DNA of 64,000 bases from Planctomycetota bacterium (GTDB lineage Bacteria; Planctomycetota; UBA8108; UBA1146; JAJFFE01). Below the pieces are notes generated by a model, which had not been told where the DNA came from, ran no database searches, and worked only from the letters and a program-made list of their open reading frames with translations. Location of the stretch: the NCBI GenBank assembly GCA_050246115.1, contig JBFWWP010000020.1:28793-92792 (forward strand), given 5' to 3'. Positions within the stretch are counted from its first letter, which is position 1. Each line of letters begins with the position of its first letter. This document shows positions 38,181-48,050 of this stretch, one piece after another. The translations under genes were made by a program, and so were the position numbers.

Positions 38181-40157
38181 CTATGGACACGCGTTGAACG
38201 AAGCACAATCCAAAGCGTCACCGGACGTCGGATCGACGCCACAGCCAGGGTGTGGCGGTGACGGCGGCACGGTCGTCGCGCCAAAGAGAGCACTCAGGAC
38301 GCAGATCGCGTCGGCGATGTTCAGCGTCCCGTCGTCGTTGCAATCGCAAGCATCCTCGCACGCAAGGGTGATCGGCATGCCCGACGGGAACAGGAAGCTC
38401 AGTAGGGAGATCGCGTCGGCGATGTTGAAGCTCGCGTCGGCGTTGCAGTTCCCGCGAACGAACTGTTGCGCTCCGGTGCCAGGCACGAACACCACGTCGA
38501 CGAGTTCCTCCATGAGCGTTCCGAAGTGCGGCGCCTGGATGTCCTTGAGCGGCGTGGTTCCGTCGCCCTCGAAGACCCAGCCCTTGTCGTCGACGATCGA
38601 CCGCCACGCGCGACGATGGATCAAGCGCGCACGGAACGTCACGTCTCCACCGACGGCGGGACCCGAGAAAGTGTAGTTCGTGGTATCGGTTGCGCCGGCG
38701 GGGATCCGCGTGTTGAAGCGCTCGGCGACGGCATCCGTGAACGGGATCGGGCCGTTGCCGCCGGCGTCCTCGATCAAGCGCCCGTAGATCTTACCCGGCA
38801 AGCCCGCCCAGTGGCCGGTCGCAGGATCTCCCACGCCGGCCTCGGGTCGAAGCACTTGCGAGGTCGCGTGGGCGAGGGCCTGACCATTGCCGACTTGGAT
38901 CGCTTCGACGATCAGGATCACGTTGCGCAGGCTGATCCCCGTGGGGACGTCGTGACCCGCCTTGTCATTCACGATACTGACCTGGACTTGGGCATCGGTT
39001 CCGACCACGTTCACCGACATCGTCATCGTCACCGCGTTCTCGAGGAACGTCGGCGTGGTGCCATGGATCTCGTGGGAGCGGATCTGACCGGCGATTCGCG
39101 GCACCGGGACGATGATACAGCCGTCGTTGGTTGCCGCCGGCATGTGGCAGTCCGCGCAGGTGGCGTAGGTGGGCGACATCGGGTTGCCGAAAGCGGATGC
39201 TTGCCACTCCGAGTAGGTCGTCTGCCCCGGGAAGCTGCCCGCCTCCGTGAAGTCACCGTCCTGGTCCGGGTCGCTGTTGTACTCATGGCATACGGAGCAG
39301 GTCTCGAACCGGATGTCGGGATTGTAGGACGGGTACATGGCGAGGGGATCGATGAAGTCCACGTCTCCGAGCGGACCGTACATCACTTGTTGGGTATTGA
39401 CCCCAGCCTCCACCGGACGGGTGACGATCACAGCGCCCGGGTAGAACCCGGTGGCCTTGGGCTCCAAGACATCCGCGGTCTTGTGACACATCTCGCACGA
39501 GACGCTCGCGAGGGAGTCGGTGGTCGGAGTGTTGATGTCCTGGAGTGCGGTAAAGGGAGCGTTCAGCCACTTCTGCGGCTGGTGGCACGACGCACACTCG
39601 CCCTCCGGGAAGGTCGCTGCGTGAATCGAGTCTTGCGTGTAGACGAAGCCGCCCATGCCGCCCGGCGTGCCGGTACCGTTGTACAAGTCATAGACCCATT
39701 GGTTGATCCCCGTGATGCTCATCGGGGTCGGGTTGGCCGAGTTGATATCGCCGTACTGAGCGAACTGATCGGCGTGGCAGAAGCCGCACTGAAGGTTCGC
39801 TCGCCACGTGTAGTTCGGGTCGTTGGCGAAGGTGTTGACGGGAGTCAGGTTGAAGTCCTGCGTGGCCGGTGTGGTCACGGTGTTCGGGACCAAGACCGGA
39901 GCTCCGTTGCTGTGGTAGTAACCGCGCTGCGCCGCCACCACCACGAGGTCCACACCCGACACGCTCAAGGTGTAGGCACCGGCGGCGTCTGTCGTGGTGC
40001 GCTGATCGGTTCCTTGGAGCGTCACGATGGCGCCCTGGATCGGCAACAAGGTGTTGGCGTCTCGCACGACACCGGACACCTGGCCCCATGAGGGGCTGGC
40101 CAGCATGGCGAGGCACGCGAGTGTGCCCAAAACGATCGAAGAATGGCGAACGAGCAT
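38181..40157 (-). CDS. Secreted pentaheme c-type cytochrome with an N-terminal CarbopepD_reg_2-like domain and a C-terminal tandem dockerin-like module
   Basis: Signal peptide. Five CxxCH motifs (CGFCH, CASCH, CEMCH, CSVCH, CADCH). C-terminus RGNCNADASFNIADAISLLSFLF...CDCNDDGTLNIADAICVLSALFG...PGCGVDPTSGDALDCASFNACP. Confidence 0.75.
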   Translation of the reverse strand: MLVRHSSIVLGTLACLAMLASPSWGQVSGVVRDANTLLPIQGAIVTLQGTDQRTTTDAAGAYTLSVSGVDLVVVAAQRGYYHSNGAPVLVPNTVTTPATQDFNLTPVNTFANDPNYTWRANLQCGFCHADQFAQYGDINSANPTPMSITGINQWVYDLYNGTGTPGGMGGFVYTQDSIHAATFPEGECASCHQPQKWLNAPFTALQDINTPTTDSLASVSCEMCHKTADVLEPKATGFYPGAVIVTRPVEAGVNTQQVMYGPLGDVDFIDPLAMYPSYNPDIRFETCSVCHEYNSDPDQDGDFTEAGSFPGQTTYSEWQASAFGNPMSPTYATCADCHMPAATNDGCIIVPVPRIAGQIRSHEIHGTTPTFLENAVTMTMSVNVVGTDAQVQVSIVNDKAGHDVPTGISLRNVILIVEAIQVGNGQALAHATSQVLRPEAGVGDPATGHWAGLPGKIYGRLIEDAGGNGPIPFTDAVAERFNTRIPAGATDTTNYTFSGPAVGGDVTFRARLIHRRAWRSIVDDKGWVFEGDGTTPLKDIQAPHFGTLMEELVDVVFVPGTGAQQFVRGNCNADASFNIADAISLLSFLFPSGMPITLACEDACDCNDDGTLNIADAICVLSALFGATTVPPSPPHPGCGVDPTSGDALDCASFNACP

Positions 40158-40584
40158 GAGGTTCCTTCCTGCCGGGACTCACCCTCCGGAGTCGCCACCC
40201 AAGGCGACCCGCGGTCGGAGGAGGTCGATTCCCATCCCGGATCGGGCCGGCGGCAACGGTAGCACCGCGACTCCCGTCGCCGAGCCCGGCAAGACCTTGA
40301 TTTTGGGAAAAGTTTCGACCCTAGATTTCCCCGCAGTATAGCAGCTAGGCCCCGGTTCCGATCCAGAGCCTTTCCGAAAACGACGGCACGGTCGCCGCTG
40401 CCACGTGAACGACCCCCAGCGTGACGGGCCCGGGAATTGCCGGGCGCCTCCGGGTCTTCGTCCCGGTGCATTGGCTATGGAGAACCGTGAAGCCGGCGCC
40501 TACAATCGGCGCCCGGGCGGGACCCGCGAAGACCGACCCTCAGCCGCTCAACTGCGCCGGCGGGGCCAATATGAGAGAAGAAAC

Positions 40585-42165
40585 ATGTTGCATGACCTAC
40601 GTCGCCGCACCGCGAGGGTGGGCATTCGATTCGGCTTGGCGCTGGGGATCGTGTCCGCCGCCGCGATCACCGTATTCGCGGGCCCACGGGAACTCGCAAC
40701 CGGAACCGAGAACGGAGCGGTGCTGGCCCACCCCACCACGGAGCTCGAACTCCACCGGTGGCTGGTCGACCAGATGGCGCGAGTGCCCGCGAACGATGAG
40801 ATCCCTCGGATCACTCGGGAAGAACTGCCGCGCTTCCACAAACTCGTGGACGATGCGATCGCCGGCGGCGAGTACTTCGTCCAGAACTTCCCGACCAGCC
40901 CCGCACGACCCGCAGTCGGGGCCATCTTGGGGCGGCTGTTGATTCTCAATCACACGCGCTATGTCGTGAACCTGGACAATCAATACCAAGAGGACACCGG
41001 CGAGCGCATGGCCCCGGAGCTGCTCGAGACCCTGAGCCGCGAGTACCTCGACCGCATCGAGACCCTCGTGCGAGATGCCTTGGCCGAAAGCTGCCGGGTC
41101 ACTGGGCTCCTCGAGGGAGTGCGGGGCGACACGTGCGTGCTCCAGCAGGCGCCTCTGGAGGCCGCGAAGGCCTTCGCGGCCTCCCTCGCCGTCTATCCCG
41201 AGAACCCGAACGCCGACTTCGTCGACGCGACACGAATCGACGCCCTGGTGCGCGGCGAGGCCTTCGAAGTCGGGGCAACCGAAGCTCGAGCCTACCTCGA
41301 GCAACGACCGCGCTCACCTTACTTGGCGGACGTGTTCTTCATGCTCCACAAGAGCCTGCGCCACTCCGGTCGCCTCAACGAAGGGCTCGAGGCCTGGAAG
41401 AAGTGGGGGCCGATCCTGCGCGCCATCGGCAACGGCGAGCCCGTCGACTTGGGTGGCGGCCCGTGGACCGTCCCGGAGGGGGCGCGCGCGGCTTTCCGGC
41501 GCTACGCTGACCGCGAGTCGTTCTACCTCGGCTTCTACGAGTTCGCCTTGGGCAAGCTCGATAGCGCGGTGCAGCACCTCGAAACGTTCTTGGACTTGGT
41601 GAACTCCAAAGAAGCCGCGGGCGAGGCCGTGGACCCATCGACGAGGGTCTACTGGCAGTTCCAGGCGATCCCCATGCTGCACATCGTCACGGCTCTGGTC
41701 GGGCGACCTGCGCCGACCCTGAACCCCACGCACTGGCTGGTTCCACCGGACGAGAACGTCGGGCCCGGGCGTGTTTCCTTGGTCTTGTTCTGCCCGTCCA
41801 CACCCAAGAACAATCGACAGATCGACTTCTTTCCGCGTCTCGCCAAGATCGCCGGCGATCACTGGGCGGAGGGTCTGCGCGTGTACTGGATCGCGGACAT
41901 GCGGCTTTCCAAGGAACGCACGTTGAGTCGCTTCGAGGACGAGGGCCTGGCGCTGATCGAGAAGCTCGATCTGAACTACCCCCTTGGCCTCGATGCGGGC
42001 CCCGACATCGCGGTGCACCGCGCCTACGGGTTGGACTCCACCGGGACAGCCCACCTTTACGCGGTGGATCGTCAGGGTCGGGCGACCTGGTACTTGATCG
42101 ACCCGACCGAGCGCGATGAGGGTCTGATCCGACGGGTCGTCGAGCGGCTATTGAAGGACGGCTAA
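40585..42165 (+). CDS. Secreted hypothetical protein with a C-terminal thioredoxin-fold (redoxin/peroxiredoxin-like, single-Cys) domain
   Basis: ATG 40585 gives MLHDLRRRTARVGIRFGLALGIVSAAAITVFA (signal). C-terminal VSLVLFCPSTP...LYAVDRQGRATWYL resembles an AhpC/TSA-TlpA-like fold without a CxxC. Confidence 0.5.
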   Translation: MLHDLRRRTARVGIRFGLALGIVSAAAITVFAGPRELATGTENGAVLAHPTTELELHRWLVDQMARVPANDEIPRITREELPRFHKLVDDAIAGGEYFVQNFPTSPARPAVGAILGRLLILNHTRYVVNLDNQYQEDTGERMAPELLETLSREYLDRIETLVRDALAESCRVTGLLEGVRGDTCVLQQAPLEAAKAFAASLAVYPENPNADFVDATRIDALVRGEAFEVGATEARAYLEQRPRSPYLADVFFMLHKSLRHSGRLNEGLEAWKKWGPILRAIGNGEPVDLGGGPWTVPEGARAAFRRYADRESFYLGFYEFALGKLDSAVQHLETFLDLVNSKEAAGEAVDPSTRVYWQFQAIPMLHIVTALVGRPAPTLNPTHWLVPPDENVGPGRVSLVLFCPSTPKNNRQIDFFPRLAKIAGDHWAEGLRVYWIADMRLSKERTLSRFEDEGLALIEKLDLNYPLGLDAGPDIAVHRAYGLDSTGTAHLYAVDRQGRATWYLIDPTERDEGLIRRVVERLLKDG

Positions 42166-42230
42166 CCGCGGGTCCGGCAGCCAACGCGTGCCGCGCTCGC
42201 TCGTCGGTCGACGTTCCACGAAGGGCCACT

Positions 42231-42587
42231 ATGCAGTTCGAACGCCATGTCTTCGTGTGCACGAGCGGCAAGGTCTGCCCGCGCCAAGGGGCGGAGACGG
42301 TGCACTCCGAGTTGCGCGGGCTCGTCGCGAGCGCCGGTCTCAAGGACCGAGTTCGCGTCAACAAGTGTGGCTGCCTCGGGCAGTGTGGTTACGGCCCCAT
42401 CGTCGTCACTTATCCGGAGGGCACTTGGTACGCGGGGGTGCTCCCGAGCGACGTCGAGGAGATCTTTGCGACGCACCTCGTGGGCGGGTTGCCCGTCGAT
42501 CGACTCCGGTATCGCCCCCCCGGCAGCGGCGTGCAGATCTGCCCGCCCGGTGAAGAGGTCATAGTCCCCGCCCCGAGCGTGACCTGA
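42231..42587 (+). CDS. Thioredoxin-like [2Fe-2S] ferredoxin family protein
   Basis: HVFVCTSGKVCPRQGAE...VNKCGCLGQCGYGPIVVTYPEGTWY is the four-Cys pattern of the NuoE-like 2Fe-2S ferredoxin fold. Confidence 0.65.
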   Translation: MQFERHVFVCTSGKVCPRQGAETVHSELRGLVASAGLKDRVRVNKCGCLGQCGYGPIVVTYPEGTWYAGVLPSDVEEIFATHLVGGLPVDRLRYRPPGSGVQICPPGEEVIVPAPSVT

Positions 42588-42768
42588 ACCGATAACTCCG
42601 TCCTCGGTTGGGCCTTGCGCTCCGCGGGTGGGAGCCTACCGGGGATCCCCGCCGGCCCCGTGTTTCGTCAATTTCGGGGTGTAGGCTTGTGTTCGCCACC
42701 CAGGGTGTGGATATTCCTTCCCTTTTCTCGGACCAACACGTCTACCGTCTCTACTGGGAGTCTTCGCG

Positions 42769-44859
<2,091 letters not shown>

Positions 44860-45178
44860 GTCGGGACTCATCCATGAAGCTCTTCGCTGCGAGAGTCCTG
44901 AAATCGCGCTCTGGCCATGACTCGGGGCGCGAGTTCGACCAGAGCCGGCGTGGTTCGGGTGTTCGACGTTCGAGTTCGGTCTCGACGGAGCAACCGGGAC
45001 CGGGGTTGCGCGTGCACGGCCGAGCGGGCGTGGCCGATTCGCTGTCCGCGACCGGCTCGACCACCCGATGTCGGCGCGCACTCGTGGACTTTCGCAGCCG
45101 TGTTCGATTCAATGTTGAACAGTGGCAGGGCGGCAGGCTGGTGAGCCTCCCGCGCGCATCCCAGAAAGCAGCGCAACG

Positions 45179-45877
45179 ATGAAATTGAACGACTCCAACC
45201 GACCCATGCGGGTCCTCGAGAAGGTGCTCCAGGGAGGCCTGGGCAGCGGGAACCTCGGGGTCGTGATGTCCCGGCGCGGCACCGGCAAGATGGCCGTCCT
45301 GACGTCCATTGCGCTCGACAACGCCATGGATGGCCGCGGCACCCTCCACGTCGCCATCGGCGAGTCCGTCGCCGACGTGCGCGCGTACCACGACGAAGTG
45401 CTCGCGGAGATCTTGTCCAGCATCGGGGTGACGAACAAGCTCGAGGTCACTTCGGGCATCGAACGTAGCAAGCAGATCTACACCTTCCGCGACGGGAAGT
45501 TCACTTTGCGGCGACTTCGAGAGACCCTCGACTTCCTCCGCGGTGGGCCCGAGTTTGCGCCGACCCTCATCGAACTCCAAGGGTGGCCCGACTTCGATAC
45601 CGTGACCGCGGACGAACTTGGCGAACTCCGGAAAATCGCCCGCGACTACCAGAGCGAGATCTGGTTGGCCGCCCACACGCACCGTGACGGCGACGTGAGT
45701 GGCTCGGGAGTTCCGGAGAGCGTCGCGCGCCACTTGGACCAAATCGAAGTTCTGATCGCGCTCGACCCCGTCGGCGAACACGTCAAGATCAACGTCGTCA
45801 AGGCCCACGGTCGCCCGGTTCCGGGCAACGTCCACCTCGAGTTGGACCCCAACACGATGCTGATCCGCTGGCGGTAG
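45179..45877 (+). CDS. KaiC/RecA-fold domain protein with a degenerate Walker A
   Basis: LEKVLQGGLGSGNLGVVMSRRGTGKMAVL resembles the KaiC/RadA N-terminal region, but the P-loop is GTGKM (Lys followed by Met rather than Ser/Thr). Confidence 0.45.
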   Translation: MKLNDSNRPMRVLEKVLQGGLGSGNLGVVMSRRGTGKMAVLTSIALDNAMDGRGTLHVAIGESVADVRAYHDEVLAEILSSIGVTNKLEVTSGIERSKQIYTFRDGKFTLRRLRETLDFLRGGPEFAPTLIELQGWPDFDTVTADELGELRKIARDYQSEIWLAAHTHRDGDVSGSGVPESVARHLDQIEVLIALDPVGEHVKINVVKAHGRPVPGNVHLELDPNTMLIRWR

Positions 45878-46055
45878 CGTCCCGGGGTCGTCGCCAACGA
45901 CTCCGGCCTGGCGGATTGTGAATCTCTCGCGGAGCGCGTGACCTACGGCGAAGGCTTTCGGGGGCTCTCGAAGGCGCTCTCGTCGTGGACGTAACTCACA
46001 AGCCTGCGCAGCCCACGTCAGCGCATCTCAAACTCCACTCGCCCGCTGGCACGGT

Positions 46056-47714
46056 TCACTGCGCGGCCACGCGGTCCACCAGGGCTCGATCGCCCATGAC
46101 GCCCACGGTCTGTTGGTACAGCGCCAGCCCCCGCTGCCCCCCCAGTTCGGCGCCGCCGCCGGCCCGCCCTGGCCCCCCGTGGAGCATCTGCGGAAGCGCT
46201 ACCCCAGAACCCGGGGCTTGGTCGGCGCCCTTCTCCGAGCCCAGGTAGACTCGGCCGGTGGTGGCCCCGCCGGCACGGAGGTAGCTCGCGATCCAACCGG
46301 CGTCATCCGAGTAGAGCGACGTCACCAGGGTTCCTTGGCTCGCCCCGACGTCTGCGGCCGCCGTGCCCGCGTCGCCATCGTACCCGAGCAGCGTGGCCAC
46401 CGGGCCGAAGACCTCGAGTTCGTGAACCACGCCGGCACCTGCGGAGGCCTCGCGGCGCAACAGGGTGGGGCCAAAGAAGTAGCCCGTACCGGGAGCCGCG
46501 CCGAGTCCATTCACGCGCTCCCCGGTTCCAAGCACGAGCGTGGCCGCGGCGCGCAGACGCTCGACACCGTGCACTGCGGCGTCGAGTTGCTCGCGGGTGG
46601 CCAACGGGCCCATGGTCACCGACGGCTCCGCCGGGTTCCCGACGACCACCCGGGAGAGTCGCTCCGTGAGCTCCCGTTGGATCTCGTCGAGGCGTTCGCG
46701 AGGGGCGAAAATGCGTCTCACCGCCGTGCACTTCTGCCCGGACTTCTGCGTCAGCTCGCGCTCCACATCGCGGTAGAAGAGCGCCAGCGTCTCCGACCCC
46801 TCCTCCACGTCGGGCGCCAGCACGGCAGCGTTCAGGCTGTCGGCCTCCACGTTCACCGCAACGCCTTGGCGAAGGAGGTTGCGGTGCTCGCGAATCCGCA
46901 GCGCAGTGTCCGCCGAGCCCGTGAACGCCACCACGTCCTGGCCTTGAAGGTGATCGAAGGCATCGCCCAGCGAGCCGCACACCAACGACAGCGAGCCGCG
47001 CGGCAAGATGCCCGCCTCGACCACGATCTCCACGCAGCGCTCGGTGAGCCACGCCGTGCTGGTCGCCGGCTTGGTCAGAACCGGCACACCGGCCAAGAGC
47101 GCGCAGGCAGCCTTCTCCGCGAATCCCCAGCAAGGGAAGTTGAACGCGTTGATGTGGATCGCGACGCCTCGCTTGGGGAGTCGCAGGTGTTGCCCCCAAG
47201 AACGGGCCGATCGTCCGAGTTGAACGCCGTCGCCGTCGAGTTGCCACACGCCGTCGCCCAGATCCTTACCCAACGACGCATAGTAGTAGAGGGTCCCAGT
47301 GGCGCCATCGAGGTCGAACTTGGCGTCCTTTCGGGTGGTGCCGCACGTCGCGAGCGACAGCTCGATGAGTTCGTCGCGGCGTTCGTGCAGCGCCTTCGAC
47401 ATGGCCGCCAGGAGCCCTGCACGTTCCGGGATGGTAAGGCTCCGAAGCGCCTCTCCGCCGGTCGTCCGGGCAAAGGCGAGCGCTGCGCCGAAGTCCAGTC
47501 CCGAACTCGACGCCTGGGCAATCGGTTCCTCGGTGCAGGGGTTGATCAAGGGTCGGAAACCGGCCTCGGCCTGCCACCAGCGTCCTTCCACGAAACAACG
47601 CAGGGTTCTCACGGAGAGCCTCCAATCAGCGTGACGAAGCGAAACGGCGCGAACCGCGCGTGCGCGGCTTCCGCGACGCCCCCGATTCTGACCCGAAGTC
47701 CCGAGAGAAAGCAC
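46056..47714 (-). CDS. Aldehyde dehydrogenase family protein, PaaZ/PaaN N-terminal-domain-like
   Basis: FVEGRWWQ...[11 protein letters not shown]...[31 protein letters not shown] matches the ALDH architecture. The true start is probably an internal non-ATG codon near 47640. Confidence 0.65.
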   Translation of the reverse strand: MLSLGTSGQNRGRRGSRARAVRAVSLRHADWRLSVRTLRCFVEGRWWQAEAGFRPLINPCTEEPIAQASSSGLDFGAALAFARTTGGEALRSLTIPERAGLLAAMSKALHERRDELIELSLATCGTTRKDAKFDLDGATGTLYYYASLGKDLGDGVWQLDGDGVQLGRSARSWGQHLRLPKRGVAIHINAFNFPCWGFAEKAACALLAGVPVLTKPATSTAWLTERCVEIVVEAGILPRGSLSLVCGSLGDAFDHLQGQDVVAFTGSADTALRIREHRNLLRQGVAVNVEADSLNAAVLAPDVEEGSETLALFYRDVERELTQKSGQKCTAVRRIFAPRERLDEIQRELTERLSRVVVGNPAEPSVTMGPLATREQLDAAVHGVERLRAAATLVLGTGERVNGLGAAPGTGYFFGPTLLRREASAGAGVVHELEVFGPVATLLGYDGDAGTAAADVGASQGTLVTSLYSDDAGWIASYLRAGGATTGRVYLGSEKGADQAPGSGVALPQMLHGGPGRAGGGAELGGQRGLALYQQTVGVMGDRALVDRVAAQ

Positions 47715-47862
47715 CCCAAGATGGAACCTGGCCCAAGGCCGTAGAGGAACGGTCGGCGACGGCCCCCCCGGGCTCCCGGCCCCCGAAGGCGGGGAGCCGG
47801 TTGGAGGCGTCGCGGATCCTGCGACCTCGCCGCCGCGATTCGCCGACCGGAGACCTTAGAGA

Positions 47863-48050
47863 CCTTAGGAGTCGCCCAAGAATAACTTCACCCTCTTGCT
47901 CGTCGCTTCGGGCCATCTTCGACCGATCCGAAAACCTCGTAATCCTCACCGGAACTAAGGCTACGCCTCCGGTTTCGAGCTTTCCGGATCGGCCGAATCT
48001 GACCCAAATCGACGGCAAGATGTCGAAGTTATCGTGGGCGACTCCTTAGG
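47863..48050 (+). mobile_element. MITE-like element, copy A (188 bp, about 27-bp terminal inverted repeats CCTTAGGAGTCGCCCAAGAATAACTTC / GAAGTTATCGTGGGCGACTCCTTAGG)
   Basis: Three near-identical copies in the window (this one, plus 50369-50557 and 51264-51451 in the opposite orientation). Termini are inverted repeats, and internal imperfect inverted repeats (gaccgatccgaaaacc...ggtttcgagctttccggatcggcc) make most of the element a long hairpin. Confidence 0.75.

Noticed and set aside
38466-40091. 541-aa plus-strand ORF
   Set aside because: Antisense to the pentaheme cytochrome gene. Arg/Asp/Val-rich with no motifs.
46113-47744. 543-aa plus-strand ORF and the overlapping 314-aa minus-strand ORF 46303-47247
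   Set aside because: Antisense or alternate-frame to the aldehyde dehydrogenase gene, which has the conserved ALDH Cys region.
47626-48049. ORFs MPSIWVRFGRSGKLETGG... and ...SLRAIFDRSENL... repeated three times (also at 50371-50866 and 51266-51599)
   Set aside because: They are generated by the three MITE copies read in both orientations. Identical nucleotide repeats with inverted-repeat termini are better explained as a non-coding mobile element than as a triplicated protein gene.
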